Origin: Escherichia coli
GTDB lineage: Bacteria > Pseudomonadota > Gammaproteobacteria > Enterobacterales > Enterobacteriaceae
Length of the DNA: 64,000 nucleotides
NCBI RefSeq assembly: GCF_003334785.1
Contig: NZ_QOWV01000016.1
Direction: 5' to 3' (one strand)
Shown here one piece after another: positions 22,885 through 35,050 of this stretch. The notes beneath the pieces are model-generated. The model ran no database searches and had not been told where the DNA came from. It saw only the letters and a list, made by a program, of their open reading frames with translations. The translations under genes were made by a program, and so were the position numbers. Every line of letters starts with the position of its first letter. The stretch's first letter is position 1.

Positions 22885-24915
22885 TTACTGTTGCCCTGCC
22901 CAGACGACCAGCACTTTATCGTCGCCATGCTCACGAACAAAGCCGTAGCCCTGCTTCAGCAAAAGTGTCGTTTGTTTGCCCGCGCCAATTGCGGGATGGC
23001 GGGCGCGGAACTGGCTGATTTTCTGCCAGTGCGCGACGCTGGCGGCAGATTTACCGCTAACATCCTGCCAGTTCATATCCGAACGTGTACCTTGCAGCGG
23101 ATCAGAACCTGTAGGACCGAACGGACGCGAGGATTCATCACCATAAAAGATTTGTACCGCGCCTGGCGCTAATAGTAATAACTCTGCTGCTTTGTCGCCC
23201 CCTTCACGGAACAGGCGGGTATCATGCGACGAGAGGTAGCTCAACACGTTGAAACCCTGCAATTTCTCCGCCATTTGCTGCCAGGTCGTATCCATCTGCG
23301 CCAGACAGTCGACTGCTTTCGCCGCCTGCTCCTGATAATCGAAATTGATCATCGCATCGAAGCCGTGGCGATAGTAGTCACTTTGCATCACGCCGTGGCC
23401 CCAGGCTTCACCGGTCATCCAGAAAGGTTTGTCATCTAATGCTTTGTCGGGGTTAGCTTTTTTCCATTCGCGAAGCGCGGCGCTGGCTTCGGTTTTCAGT
23501 TGCTGCCAGGCGGGCAACTCAACATGTTTGGCGGTATCGACCCGAAAACCATCAATCCCATAGTCGCGGACCCACTGACTTAACCAGTGGGTTAAGTAAT
23601 CGCGCGGCGTATAGCCGTCAATGGCTTTGGCGTGGGTATCCATTTTGTTTTTATAGAACACCGGCAGACCAGAAGCGGTAGTTGATTCGGTTTTGATATC
23701 CGGCAAAAAGGCTAGCGACATAGTGAGATCGTCGAATCCAGGATTGTCGTAATCGCCGATATCCGTTCTGATCCAGTTTTTTCCCCACCATTTATCCCAG
23801 CCTGTTTTGTCGCTGAAATTAATGTAATCGTTAAAGCTATGCCAGGTTTGCCCGGCGGCAGGTTTCCAGTCGCTCCAGCGTTCACCCAGCGATTTTTTCA
23901 CTTCGTCACCAGAAAGATATAACGCGCCAAACTGATACTCCTGCATATCCGCCAGCGTGGCATAGCCGGTGTGGTTCATCACGACATCAAAGAGAATACG
24001 AATACCGCGCTGATGTGCGCTATCAACCAGCGTCCGTAGATCGGCTTCGTTGCCCATATTGGCATCAAGATTCGTCCAGTCCTGTGTGTAATAACCGTGG
24101 TAGGCATAATGCGGGAAATCGCCTTTTGTACCGCCGCCGACCCAGCCGTGAATTTGCTCAAATGGGGCGCTTATCCATAAAGCATTAACGCCCAACTGCT
24201 GGAGGTAATCCAGTTTGTTGGTCAGGCCGCGTAAATCGCCGCCGTGAAAAGTGCCAATTTCCGCCATACCGTCTTTATGACGTCCGTAACTCTGGTCATT
24301 ACTGGGATCGCCGTTTTCGAAACGATCTGTCAGCACAAAGTAAACCGTGGCGTTATGCCAGTCGAAAGGGGCGGATGTGTCAGTTTCTGCCCGTTCCAGC
24401 AGGAGTAAACCGTTGCTGGTGGCAGCGGGTTGTAACATTATTTGACCGTTCTTCACTATCGCAATTTGCTGGCTGTAATAATCCCGTACGGCGGCTCCTT
24501 CCGGGAAAGTGGCGCTGACATCCACTGTGAGCGGTAATCCATCCCATTTCGGGCATTCACGGACCAGGCTTGCTACCGGTTCGGCGGCGTTCTGGATGGA
24601 AATCATCAATGTTGGCGTACCGGAGCGGGTGTCTATTTGCAGCGTATATTCGCCGTCCCTGAACAATCGCCATTGAGGCGGCGTGTTGCTACAAGGTTGC
24701 AGGGAAAGCATCTGATTGAGTTTTATCGCATCCGCAGGCTGCCAGCACTGTTGGTCAAAATTTAGCGTTAGTGGACGCGTACCTTTGGGCAACTGCGCGT
24801 GGCTGACAAATGTTCCTGTCCCCTGTTCGCTAAAGGCGGGAAACCCCGGAGAAGTCCAGCTGGCGGCAACGGCGAAGCCAGGAAGGAGTGTCAGAAAACA
24901 GGCGGCGAGTTTCAT
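22885..24915 (-). CDS. malS: periplasmic alpha-amylase
   Basis: 676-aa ORF with signal peptide MKLAACFLTLLPGFAVAA and GH13 catalytic region. Confidence 0.9.
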   Translation of the reverse strand: MKLAACFLTLLPGFAVAASWTSPGFPAFSEQGTGTFVSHAQLPKGTRPLTLNFDQQCWQPADAIKLNQMLSLQPCSNTPPQWRLFRDGEYTLQIDTRSGTPTLMISIQNAAEPVASLVRECPKWDGLPLTVDVSATFPEGAAVRDYYSQQIAIVKNGQIMLQPAATSNGLLLLERAETDTSAPFDWHNATVYFVLTDRFENGDPSNDQSYGRHKDGMAEIGTFHGGDLRGLTNKLDYLQQLGVNALWISAPFEQIHGWVGGGTKGDFPHYAYHGYYTQDWTNLDANMGNEADLRTLVDSAHQRGIRILFDVVMNHTGYATLADMQEYQFGALYLSGDEVKKSLGERWSDWKPAAGQTWHSFNDYINFSDKTGWDKWWGKNWIRTDIGDYDNPGFDDLTMSLAFLPDIKTESTTASGLPVFYKNKMDTHAKAIDGYTPRDYLTHWLSQWVRDYGIDGFRVDTAKHVELPAWQQLKTEASAALREWKKANPDKALDDKPFWMTGEAWGHGVMQSDYYRHGFDAMINFDYQEQAAKAVDCLAQMDTTWQQMAEKLQGFNVLSYLSSHDTRLFREGGDKAAELLLLAPGAVQIFYGDESSRPFGPTGSDPLQGTRSDMNWQDVSGKSAASVAHWQKISQFRARHPAIGAGKQTTLLLKQGYGFVREHGDDKVLVVWAGQQ

Positions 24916-25234
24916 GGCGGATGAGTCCTTATTGCTGCGATTTCAGACAGTTTGCCAGCGATAAGCCAAACAAAACTCATCCCTGAGCGGTAAGTCCACA
25001 GGATGAGAAGCAAGGGTGAGCGATCTCGCGCAAAAAACGGCTGAATTTTGCGATAACCCCCACATTTTCTGCGATTTAGCGCCAATCTGAATCGTTAACA
25101 CGTGACATAGTTTCAGATTTGGACTATTCCTTGGGGTGCTCTTGACAGCTATTTTTGATATGATTTGAGATTCAACTCTCAAATTTGTGAAAAATATAAG
25201 GTGTTGGAATGATTAAATCCGACCAGGAGACCTG

Positions 25235-26059
25235 ATGATTTTGACTCCCATACGACGATATGGGGCGATGATTCTTATGTTACTCACTCTGGTGTTTTCG
25301 AGTGAGGTGTTAGCGAAGACGCACACAACAACAGCGAGTCAAAAGTCCCACTTAACTAAAGCTAGTAATAAACAGGTAAGCAGTAAACAAGAGTATTCTC
25401 GCAATAGTGCAAAGAGTAGTTCACTTCCTGATTTGCGAAAATACCCTTCCGGAACACCAAGGAAAAAGGCGTTTCTCCGGACCGTAATGCCTTACATTAC
25501 CAGCCAAAATGCGGCCATTACTGCGGAACGTAACTGGCTCATTTCAAAACAGTATCAGGGCCAATGGTCACCTGCTGAGCGTGCGCGTCTGAAAGACATC
25601 GCCAAACGCTACAAGGTGAAGTGGTCCGGTAATACGCGAAAAATCCCGTGGAATACCTTGCTTGAACGCGTAGACATTATCCCCACCAGTATGGTGGCGA
25701 CGATGGCTGCAGCAGAAAGCGGTTGGGGAACGTCGAAGCTGGCGCGCAACAACAACAACCTGTTCGGCATGAAATGCATGAAAGGACGTTGTACCAATGC
25801 GCCAGGTAAAGTGAAAGGGTACTCACAGTTTAGTTCTGTCAAAGAATCGGTGAGCGCCTATGTCACTAACCTGAATACGCACCCGGCTTACTCTTCGTTC
25901 CGTAAATCGCGTGCGCAGCTGCGTAAAGCGGATCAGGAAGTGACTGCCACAGCGATGATTCACAAGCTGAAGGGCTACTCGACCAAAGGGAAGAGTTATA
26001 ACAACTACCTGTTCGCAATGTACCAGGATAACCAACGGTTAATCGCGGCGCATATGTAA
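25235..26059 (+). CDS. bax: Bax protein (glucosaminidase/FlgJ-like domain)
   Basis: 274-aa ORF recognised as Bax. Confidence 0.85.
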   Translation: MILTPIRRYGAMILMLLTLVFSSEVLAKTHTTTASQKSHLTKASNKQVSSKQEYSRNSAKSSSLPDLRKYPSGTPRKKAFLRTVMPYITSQNAAITAERNWLISKQYQGQWSPAERARLKDIAKRYKVKWSGNTRKIPWNTLLERVDIIPTSMVATMAAAESGWGTSKLARNNNNLFGMKCMKGRCTNAPGKVKGYSQFSSVKESVSAYVTNLNTHPAYSSFRKSRAQLRKADQEVTATAMIHKLKGYSTKGKSYNNYLFAMYQDNQRLIAAHM

Positions 26060-26074
26060 TTGCATTTCCTTGAG

Positions 26075-26108
26075 CCTTATCCGACTTGTCAGTCGGATAA
26101 GGCTTTTT
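26075..26108 (+). terminator. rho-independent terminator after bax
   Basis: gccttatccgact tgtc agtcggataaggc perfect 13-bp stem followed by TTTTT. Confidence 0.7.
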
Positions 26109-26165
26109 ACTTTGTCTCAGGCAGTTGAGCTACGAGCCTGAAGCGTTGTTGGTGCGTTTTATCAT

Positions 26166-26210
<45 letters not shown>

Positions 26211-26254
26211 CCACGCAGCGTTACCTGATGTGACGCCGACAATTCTCATCATCG

Positions 26255-27433
26255 CTACAACATGACCTCGCTATTTACATCGCGATACTCTTTTGGCGTC
26301 GTGTCATATGCTTTTTTAAAAACAGAGTAGAAATATTGCAGCGATGGATAACCGCACATTTGCGATATCTCATTGATCGACAAGGTGGTTGAAATCAGCA
26401 GACTGCGCGCTTTCTCCAGCTTCTCGGCATGAATCATGGCATGGATGGTTTCACCCACCTCTTCTTTAAAACGCTTCTCAAGATTGGAGCGCGAGATCCC
26501 GACCGCATCCAGTACCTGATCCACTTTAATCCCTTTACAGGCGTGATTACGAATGTAATGCATGGCCTGAATAACGGCGGGATCGGTCAGCGAGCGATAA
26601 TCTGTTGAGCGCCGTTCAATGACGCGAACTGGTGGGACCAAAATTCGCTGTAGCGGCATTTCTTCTTTATCTAATAATCGATGCAACAGTTTTGCCGCCT
26701 GATAGCCCATTTGCCGCGCGCCCTGAGCGACCGAAGAAAGGGCGACACGCGACAGATAGCGGGTCAGTTCTTCGTTATCGATGCCAATCACGCATAATTT
26801 TTCCGGTACGGGAATATGTAGATGTTCACATACTTGCAGAATATGCCGCGCTCGGGCGTCAGTAACGGCAATAATCCCGGTTTGCGGTGGTAGCGTTTGT
26901 AGCCAGTCTGCCAGCCGATTTTGCGCGTGTTGCCAGTTCTCTGGCGCGGTTTCTAACCCCTGATAAACCACTCCGCGATACTTTTCTTCGGCGACAAGCT
27001 GACGAAATGCATATTCGCGCTCAGTGGCCCAACGTTTGCCGCTTGATTCCGGAAGACCATAAAAAGCAAAGCGGTTAACGCCTTTCTCTTTTAAATGCAA
27101 AAATGCGCTTTCAACCAGCGCATAGTTATCGGTGGCAATGTAATGAACGGGTGGGTAACTTTCTGCAAGGTGATACGAGCCGCCAACCCCAACAATGGGG
27201 ACGTCGACATCAGCCAGCGCTTGCTCGATCTGTTTGTCGTCGAAGTCGGCAATGACGCCATCTCCTAACCAGTCCTTGATTTTATCAATGCGGGCGCGGA
27301 AATCTTCTTCAATGAAAATATCCCATTCCGATTGTGACGCCTGTAAATATTCCCCTACGCCTTCTACTACCTGCCGGTCATAGGCTTTATTGGCATTGAA
27401 CAGTAATGTGATGCGGTGACGTTTAGTAAACAT
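26255..27433 (-). CDS. xylR: AraC-family xylose regulon activator
   Basis: 392-aa ORF: periplasmic-binding-like N-domain plus C-terminal AraC HTH. Confidence 0.95.
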   Translation of the reverse strand: MFTKRHRITLLFNANKAYDRQVVEGVGEYLQASQSEWDIFIEEDFRARIDKIKDWLGDGVIADFDDKQIEQALADVDVPIVGVGGSYHLAESYPPVHYIATDNYALVESAFLHLKEKGVNRFAFYGLPESSGKRWATEREYAFRQLVAEEKYRGVVYQGLETAPENWQHAQNRLADWLQTLPPQTGIIAVTDARARHILQVCEHLHIPVPEKLCVIGIDNEELTRYLSRVALSSVAQGARQMGYQAAKLLHRLLDKEEMPLQRILVPPVRVIERRSTDYRSLTDPAVIQAMHYIRNHACKGIKVDQVLDAVGISRSNLEKRFKEEVGETIHAMIHAEKLEKARSLLISTTLSINEISQMCGYPSLQYFYSVFKKAYDTTPKEYRDVNSEVML

Positions 27434-27510
27434 GGTTCTTTTCCTGCTGAATCATGCAAAAACTCAAAACCGGTAATACGTAACCGGCTTTGAGAAAATT
27501 TTTATCAAAA

Positions 27511-28692
27511 TCAAGAACGGCGTTTGGTTGCGGAGTCCATCCATACTGCCAGCAACAGAATCGCACCTTTAACGATATACTGCCAGAAGGTCGGTACATC
27601 CATCATACTCATGCCGTTATCCAGTGAAGCCATGATAAATGCCCCCATTACTGCTCCGGCAACGCTTCCCACACCGCCAGCCAGGCTGGTGCCGCCAATC
27701 ACGCATGCTGCAATTGCGTCCAGTTCGGCGATATTTCCCGCAGAAGGTGAACCAGCGCCAAGTCGAGAACTAAGGATTAATCCGGCGATGGCTACCATTA
27801 ATCCGTTAATCGCGAACACGGCAAGTTTGGTGCGTTCAACGTTAATCCCGGAGAGACGTGCTGCTTCCAGATTGCCGCCGATGGCATAAATGCGTCGTCC
27901 AAATGCCGTCCGCGTTGCCATAAACATTCCGCCGAGTAACAGCAACGTCAGCAGCAGAACAGGAGTGGGAACGCCACGGTAATCATTCAACAGCCAGATT
28001 GCGCCTAATACGATGATAGCGGTTAAAGCCTGGCGACCGACTACTGCGGTAGAGGCCGGAGACTGTAAACCCAAAGCCTGACGGCGCATTCTTCCGCGCC
28101 ATTGCCAACCAACAAAAGCCATTAAGCCAAGCGCGCCAATGATGAAGCCGGTACTGGCGGGGAGATAGCTTTGCCCAATTTGTGACATCGCGGCGCTGGT
28201 GGGGGATACAGTCGTGCCGTTGGTGATGCCAATGAGTATGCCGCGAAATGCCAACATGCCCGCGAGGGTGACAATAAATGAAGGGACTTTACGGTACGCG
28301 ACCCACCATCCGTTCCAGGCACCGAGAAGCAGTCCCAGAACCAGCGTCACAATGATGGTAAGTGGCAAAGGCCAGCCTAACCAGACGTCACAAATCGCCG
28401 CGACGCCACCTAACAGCCCCATCATTGAGCCGACGGAAAGGTCGATTTCAGCAGAAATTATGACGAACACCATTCCTACCGCGAGGATGCCGGTAATCGC
28501 GGTCTGGCGTAACAGGTTGGAGACGTTACGGGCGCTTAAGTAGGCACCATCGGTGGTCCAGGTAAAGAACAGCATGATTGCGATGATAGCTGCAATCATC
28601 ACGAAGACCTGCAAATTCAGTGATTTCAGCCCGGAGAAGCCACCGGATGTCGGTACGGCCAATTTCACTTCAGACGGATTGCTTTTCGACAT
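27511..28692 (-). CDS. xylH: xylose ABC transporter permease
   Basis: 393-aa polytopic ORF; overlaps xylG 3' end by 23 bp. Confidence 0.95.
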
Positions 28693-30211
28693 GATGTTCG
28701 CTCCTCAATGCGGCTTCCATCACCTGCTCCTGAGTCAGGTTATGATTTATCAGGTTGGCTTTTAGTTTCCCTTCATGCATCACCAGTACACGATCGCTAA
28801 GGCCGAGCACTTCAGGTAATTCGGAAGAGATGACAATAACGGCAATACCCTGCTGGACGAGTTGGTTAATTAATTTGTAGATCTCGTATTTCGCGCCAAT
28901 ATCGATACCCCTGGTGGGTTCATCAAGAATGAGAATGCGCGGGTTAAGTAACAGACAGCGAGCGAGGATCGCTTTTTGCTGATTGCCGCCGCTCAAACGT
29001 CCAATAGCAAGGTCGGGGGACGACGTTTTAACTTTGAGTTGCTGGATTGATTCCAGAATACATTTTTGCTCTGCCGCGTCATCAAGCTGGCTAATGCCAC
29101 CGGTAAATTTATTGAGTGCGGCGAGGGTAATATTTTTACCAACCGCCATTACCGGAACGATGCCGTCGCGCTTTCTGTCTTCGGGGACCATCGCAATCCC
29201 CTGGGCGATGGCTTGCTGACAGTTACGAATATCTACCTGTTTGCCATCAATATAAATTTTTCCTTCCCATTGTCCGGGCCACACACCAAACAGGCACTGA
29301 ATGGTCTCGGTACGTCCGGCACCAACGAGTCCGGCAATACCCAATATTTCGCCACGTTTCAGGGAAAACGAGACATCATTAACTCGTTTAATATGACGAT
29401 TAACCGGATGCCATGCCGTCAGATGTTCAATACGTAATATTTCATCTCCGGTGGTATGTGGTTCATTAGGGTAAAGCGCGGTTAACTCTCGCCCGACCAT
29501 CATGGTGATAATATCGTCTTCACTCATTCCGGCAGCATCACGCGTACCAATGTGCTGTCCGTCGCGAATAACGCAAATCGTATCGGAAATCGCTTTGACT
29601 TCGTTGAGTTTGTGCGAAATATAAATACAGGCGATACCGTGCTGTTGTAGATCGCGAATAATATCCAGTAAAACCGACGTTTCCTGCTCAGTTAATGAGG
29701 CTGTCGGTTCATCGAGAATTAACAAGCGCACCTGTTTATTAAGTGCCTTGGCAATTTCAACCAGTTGTTGTTGCCCAAGCCCTAAATCGCCAACGCGGGT
29801 ATCAGGTGAAATGGATAAACTGACCTGTGCGAGCAGCTTCTGACAGCGTAGCGTCATCAGGTCATAATCCATAATGCCATTGTGGGTTATTTCGTTACCC
29901 AGGAAGATATTTTCCAGCACGGTCAATTCTTTCACCAGGGCCAATTCCTGATGAATGATGGCGATACCTTTGCGTTCGGTATCGCGGATGTGACTCGCCT
30001 GAATCTCTTCTCCCGCAAAAATAATTTCGCCTTCGTAGGAGCCATGGGGATAAATACCACACAGCACTTTCATCAGCGTTGATTTACCAGACCCATTTTC
30101 CCCACAAAGTGAGACGATTTCGCCAGCATTCAACCGCAAGCAGACGTTATCAATCGCCTTCACACTGCCGAAGGTTTTGGTAATGTTCTTCATTTCAAGT
30201 AGATAAGGCAT
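28670..30211 (-). CDS. xylG: xylose ABC transporter ATP-binding protein (duplicated ABC domains)
   Basis: 513-aa ORF with two Walker A motifs ([18 protein letters not shown]). Confidence 0.95.
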
Positions 30212-30288
30212 AACGACTCCACCTAAGCCAATTCATTCACGCGGCATGGAGAGAAATCACGCCCCCGCTCCGCGCTGGGGCGTAACGC

Positions 30289-31281
30289 TTACAGCTCGCT
30301 CTCTTTGTGGAATCCGTCTTTAATTACCGTATCTTTGATGTTGTTTTTATTCACATCGATCGGTGTCAGGAGGCGGGAGGGGACATCTTTCAGGCCATTA
30401 TTCAGTGTGGTATCTGCTTTTGGTTCCTGACCATTGCCCAACTCAACGGCAATTTCTGCGGCAGTATTTGCCAACAACGTAATAGGTTTATACACCGTCA
30501 TAGTTTGCGTACCGGCAGCAATACGTTTAATACCTGCGAGATCCGCATCCTGGCCGGAGATTGCTACTTTCCCTGATAAACCTTGCGCGCTTAATGCCTG
30601 AATTGCCCCACCTGCGGTGGCATCGTTTGAGGCAACTACAGCATCAATTTTGTTATTATTGGCGGTTAGCGCGTTTTCCATAATTTTCAATGCGTTTTCC
30701 GGTAACCAGCCATCAACCCATTGGTCACCAACGACTTTAATTTTTCCGGAATCAACGTAAGGTTTTAACACTTTCATTTGTCCGGCGCGGAACAGCTTGG
30801 CGTTGTTATCTACCGGCGAGCCGCCCATCAGGAAGTAATTACCTTGCGGAACAATATCGACCAGGGCTTTTGCCTGCAGTTCACCGACTTTTTCGTTATC
30901 GAAAGAAATATAAAAATCGATATCCGCATCGTTAATCATACGGTCGTAAGCTAATACTTTAATGCCTTCTTGTTTGGCTTCTTTTACAACGTTACTTAAT
31001 ACCTGACCGTTATACGGAATAATGACAAGAACATCGACACCCCGGTTTATCATGTTTTCAATCTGCGACATTTGTGTTTCTTCATTGCCATTTGCAGACT
31101 GTACAAATACTTTCGCGCCGAGAGATTCTGCCTTTTTCACAAAGATATCTCGATCTTTTTGCCAGCGTTCAAGACGGAGATCATCAATCGCCATACCTAT
31201 TTTGACTTCTTTGGCGTGTGCAGCAACGTTGGTAAGCAGGAGTGAGGTGCAAAGGGTGAGTAGAATGTTCTTTATTTTCAT
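30289..31281 (-). CDS. xylF: D-xylose-binding periplasmic protein
   Basis: Recognised XylF begins MKIKNILLTLCTSLLLTNVAAHA at 31281 (330 codons); the track's 5' extension to 31359 is rejected. Confidence 0.9.
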   Translation of the reverse strand: MKIKNILLTLCTSLLLTNVAAHAKEVKIGMAIDDLRLERWQKDRDIFVKKAESLGAKVFVQSANGNEETQMSQIENMINRGVDVLVIIPYNGQVLSNVVKEAKQEGIKVLAYDRMINDADIDFYISFDNEKVGELQAKALVDIVPQGNYFLMGGSPVDNNAKLFRAGQMKVLKPYVDSGKIKVVGDQWVDGWLPENALKIMENALTANNNKIDAVVASNDATAGGAIQALSAQGLSGKVAISGQDADLAGIKRIAAGTQTMTVYKPITLLANTAAEIAVELGNGQEPKADTTLNNGLKDVPSRLLTPIDVNKNNIKDTVIKDGFHKESEL

Positions 31282-31646
31282 GGTGTAGGGCCTTCTGTAG
31301 TTAGAGGACAGTTTTAATAAGTAACAATCACCGCGATAAACGTAACCAATTTTTAGCAACTAAACAGGGGAAAACAATTACAGATTTTTATCTTTCGATT
31401 ACGATTTTTGGTTTATTTCTTGATTTATGACCGAGATCTTACTTTTGTTGCGCAATTGTACTTATTGCATTTTTCTCTTCGAGGAATTACCCAGTTTCAT
31501 CATTCCATTTTATTTTGCGAGCGAGCGCACACTTGTGAATTATCTCAATAGCAGTGTGAAATAACATAATTGAGCAACTGAAAGGGAGTGCCCAATATTA
31601 CGACATCATCCATCACCCGCGGCATTACCTGATTATGGAGTTCAAT
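31282..31646. promoter_or_regulatory. divergent xylF / xylA promoter region
   Basis: 365-bp spacer between divergent xylF and xylA starts; carries XylR and CRP sites by established knowledge (individual sites not resolved here). Confidence 0.6.
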
Positions 31647-32969
31647 ATGCAAGCCTATTTTGACCAGCTCGATCGCGTTCGTTATGAAGGCTCAAAATCC
31701 TCAAACCCGTTAGCATTCCGTCACTACAATCCCGACGAACTGGTGTTGGGTAAGCGTATGGAAGAGCACTTGCGTTTTGCCGCCTGCTACTGGCACACCT
31801 TCTGCTGGAACGGGGCGGATATGTTTGGTGTGGGGGCGTTTAATCGTCCGTGGCAGCAGCCTGGTGAGGCACTGGCGTTGGCGAAGCGTAAAGCAGATGT
31901 CGCATTTGAGTTTTTCCACAAGTTACATGTGCCATTTTATTGCTTCCACGATGTGGATGTTTCCCCTGAGGGCGCGTCGTTAAAAGAGTACATCAATAAT
32001 TTTGCGCAAATGGTTGATGTCCTGGCAGGCAAGCAAGAAGAGAGCGGCGTGAAGCTGCTGTGGGGAACCGCCAACTGCTTTACAAACCCTCGCTACGGCG
32101 CGGGTGCGGCGACGAACCCAGATCCTGAAGTCTTCAGCTGGGCGGCAACGCAAGTTGTTACAGCGATGGAAGCAACCCATAAATTGGGCGGTGAAAACTA
32201 TGTCCTGTGGGGCGGTCGTGAAGGTTACGAAACGCTGTTAAATACCGACTTGCGTCAGGAGCGTGAACAACTGGGCCGCTTTATGCAGATGGTGGTTGAG
32301 CATAAACATAAAATCGGTTTCCAGGGCACGTTGCTTATCGAACCGAAACCGCAAGAACCGACCAAACATCAATATGATTACGATGCCGCGACGGTCTATG
32401 GCTTCCTGAAACAGTTTGGTCTGGAAAAAGAGATTAAACTGAACATTGAAGCTAACCACGCGACGCTGGCAGGTCACTCTTTCCATCATGAAATAGCCAC
32501 CGCCATTGCGCTTGGCCTGTTCGGTTCTGTCGACGCCAACCGTGGCGATGCGCAACTGGGCTGGGACACCGACCAGTTCCCGAACAGTGTGGAAGAGAAT
32601 GCGCTGGTGATGTATGAAATTCTCAAAGCAGGCGGTTTCACCACCGGTGGTCTGAACTTCGATGCCAAAGTACGTCGTCAAAGTACTGATAAATATGATC
32701 TGTTTTACGGTCATATCGGCGCGATGGATACGATGGCACTGGCGCTGAAAATTGCAGCGCGCATGATTGAAGATGGCGAGCTGGATAAACGCATCGCGCA
32801 GCGTTATTCCGGCTGGAATAGCGAATTGGGCCAGCAAATCCTGAAAGGCCAAATGTCACTGGCAGATTTAGCCAAATATGCTCAGGAACATCATTTGTCT
32901 CCGGTGCATCAGAGTGGTCGCCAGGAACAACTGGAAAATCTGGTAAACCATTATCTGTTCGACAAATAA
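31647..32969 (+). CDS. xylA: xylose isomerase
   Basis: Recognised XylA N-terminus [15 protein letters not shown] at ATG 31647 (440 codons). Confidence 0.95.
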
Positions 32970-33040
32970 CGGCTAACTGTGCAGTCCGTTGGCCCGGTTA
33001 TCGGTAGCGATACCGGGCATTTTTTTAAGGAACGATCGAT

Positions 33041-34495
33041 ATGTATATCGGGATAGATCTTGGCACCTCGGGCGTAAAAGTTATTTTGCTCAACGAGCAG
33101 GGTGAGGTGGTTGCTGCGCAAACGGAAAAGCTGACCGTTTCGCGCCCGCATCCACTCTGGTCGGAACAAGACCCGGAACAGTGGTGGCAGGCAACTGATC
33201 GCGCAATGAAAGCTCTGGGCGATCAGCATTCTCTGCAGGACGTTAAAGCATTGGGTATTGCCGGCCAGATGCACGGAGCAACCTTGCTGGATGCTCAGCA
33301 ACGGGTGTTACGCCCTGCCATTTTGTGGAACGACGGGCGCTGTGCGCAAGAGTGCACTTTGCTGGAAGCGCGAGTTCCGCAATCGCGGGTGATTACCGGC
33401 AACCTGATGATGCCCGGATTTACTGCGCCTAAATTGCTATGGGTTCAGCGGCATGAGCCGGAGATATTCCGTCAAATCGACAAAGTATTATTACCGAAAG
33501 ATTACTTGCGTCTGCGTATGACGGGGGAGTTTGCCAGCGATATGTCTGACGCAGCTGGCACCATGTGGCTGGATGTCGCAAAGCGTGACTGGAGTGACGT
33601 CATGCTGCAGGCTTGCGACTTATCTCGTGACCAGATGCCCGCATTATACGAAGGCAGCGAAATTACTGGTGCTTTGTTACCTGAAGTTGCGAAAGCGTGG
33701 GGTATGGCGACGGTGCCAGTTGTCGCAGGCGGTGGCGACAATGCAGCTGGTGCAGTTGGTGTGGGAATGGTTGATGCTAATCAGGCAATGTTATCGCTGG
33801 GGACGTCGGGGGTCTATTTTGCTGTCAGCGAAGGGTTCTTAAGCAAGCCAGAAAGCGCCGTACATAGCTTTTGCCATGCGCTACCGCAACGTTGGCATTT
33901 AATGTCTGTGATGCTGAGTGCAGCGTCGTGTCTGGATTGGGCCGCGAAATTAACCGGCCTGAGCAATGTCCCAGCTTTAATCGCTGCAGCTCAACAGGCT
34001 GATGAAAGTGCCGAGCCAGTTTGGTTTCTGCCTTATCTTTCCGGCGAGCGTACGCCACACAATAATCCCCAGGCGAAGGGGGTTTTCTTTGGTTTGACTC
34101 ATCAACATGGCCCCAATGAACTGGCGCGAGCAGTGCTGGAAGGCGTGGGTTATGCGCTGGCAGATGGCATGGATGTCGTGCATGCCTGCGGTATTAAACC
34201 GCAAAGTGTTACGTTGATTGGGGGCGGGGCGCGTAGTGAGTACTGGCGTCAGATGCTGGCGGATATCAGCGGTCAGCAGCTCGATTACCGTACGGGGGGG
34301 GATGTGGGGCCAGCACTGGGCGCAGCAAGGCTGGCGCAGATCGCGGCGAATCCAGAGAAATCGCTCATTGAATTGTTGCCGCAACTACCGTTAGAACAGT
34401 CGCATCTACCAGATGCGCAGCGTTATGCCGCTTATCAGCCACGACGAGAAACGTTCCGTCGCCTCTATCAGCAACTTCTGCCATTAATGGCGTAA
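33041..34495 (+). CDS. xylB: xylulokinase
   Basis: 484-aa FGGY kinase, MYIGIDLGTSGVKVILLNEQGEVVAAQ... Confidence 0.95.
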   Translation: MYIGIDLGTSGVKVILLNEQGEVVAAQTEKLTVSRPHPLWSEQDPEQWWQATDRAMKALGDQHSLQDVKALGIAGQMHGATLLDAQQRVLRPAILWNDGRCAQECTLLEARVPQSRVITGNLMMPGFTAPKLLWVQRHEPEIFRQIDKVLLPKDYLRLRMTGEFASDMSDAAGTMWLDVAKRDWSDVMLQACDLSRDQMPALYEGSEITGALLPEVAKAWGMATVPVVAGGGDNAAGAVGVGMVDANQAMLSLGTSGVYFAVSEGFLSKPESAVHSFCHALPQRWHLMSVMLSAASCLDWAAKLTGLSNVPALIAAAQQADESAEPVWFLPYLSGERTPHNNPQAKGVFFGLTHQHGPNELARAVLEGVGYALADGMDVVHACGIKPQSVTLIGGGARSEYWRQMLADISGQQLDYRTGGDVGPALGAARLAQIAANPEKSLIELLPQLPLEQSHLPDAQRYAAYQPRRETFRRLYQQLLPLMA

Positions 34496-34663
34496 ACGTT
34501 ATCCCCTGCCTGACCGGGTGGGGGATAATTCACATCTATATATCTCAGTAATTAATTAATATTTAGTATGAATTTATTCTGAAAATCATTTGTTAATGGC
34601 ATTTTTCAGTTTTGTCTTTCGTTGGTTACTCGTAATGTATCGCTGGTAGATATGGAGATCGTT

Positions 34664-35005
34664 ATGAAAACCTCAAAGACTGTGGCAAAACTATTATTTG
34701 TTGTCGGGGCGCTGGTTTATCTGGTTGGGCTATGGATCTCATGCCCATTGTTAAGTGGAAAAGGCTATTTTCTTGGCGTGTTAATGACAGCAACTTTTGG
34801 CAACTATGCATATCTTCGCGCAGAAAAACTCGGGCAACTGGATGATTTTTTTACCCATATCTGCCAGTTAGTTGCGTTAATCACTATCGGTCTCTTGTTT
34901 ATCGGTGTTTTAAACGCACCTATCAATACTTATGAAATGGTGATCTATCCCATCGCCTTTTTTGTCTGCTTGTTTGGTCAAATGCGTTTGTTTCGCTCGG
35001 CATGA
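34664..35005 (+). CDS. yiaB: small inner-membrane protein
   Basis: 113-codon frame from ATG 34664 (SD ggag upstream); track ORF starts at an upstream TTG. Confidence 0.8.
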   Translation: MKTSKTVAKLLFVVGALVYLVGLWISCPLLSGKGYFLGVLMTATFGNYAYLRAEKLGQLDDFFTHICQLVALITIGLLFIGVLNAPINTYEMVIYPIAFFVCLFGQMRLFRSA

Positions 35006-35050
35006 GCAACATAAAGCTCTTACATATTCAGGAATGAAAGGAATACTGTG

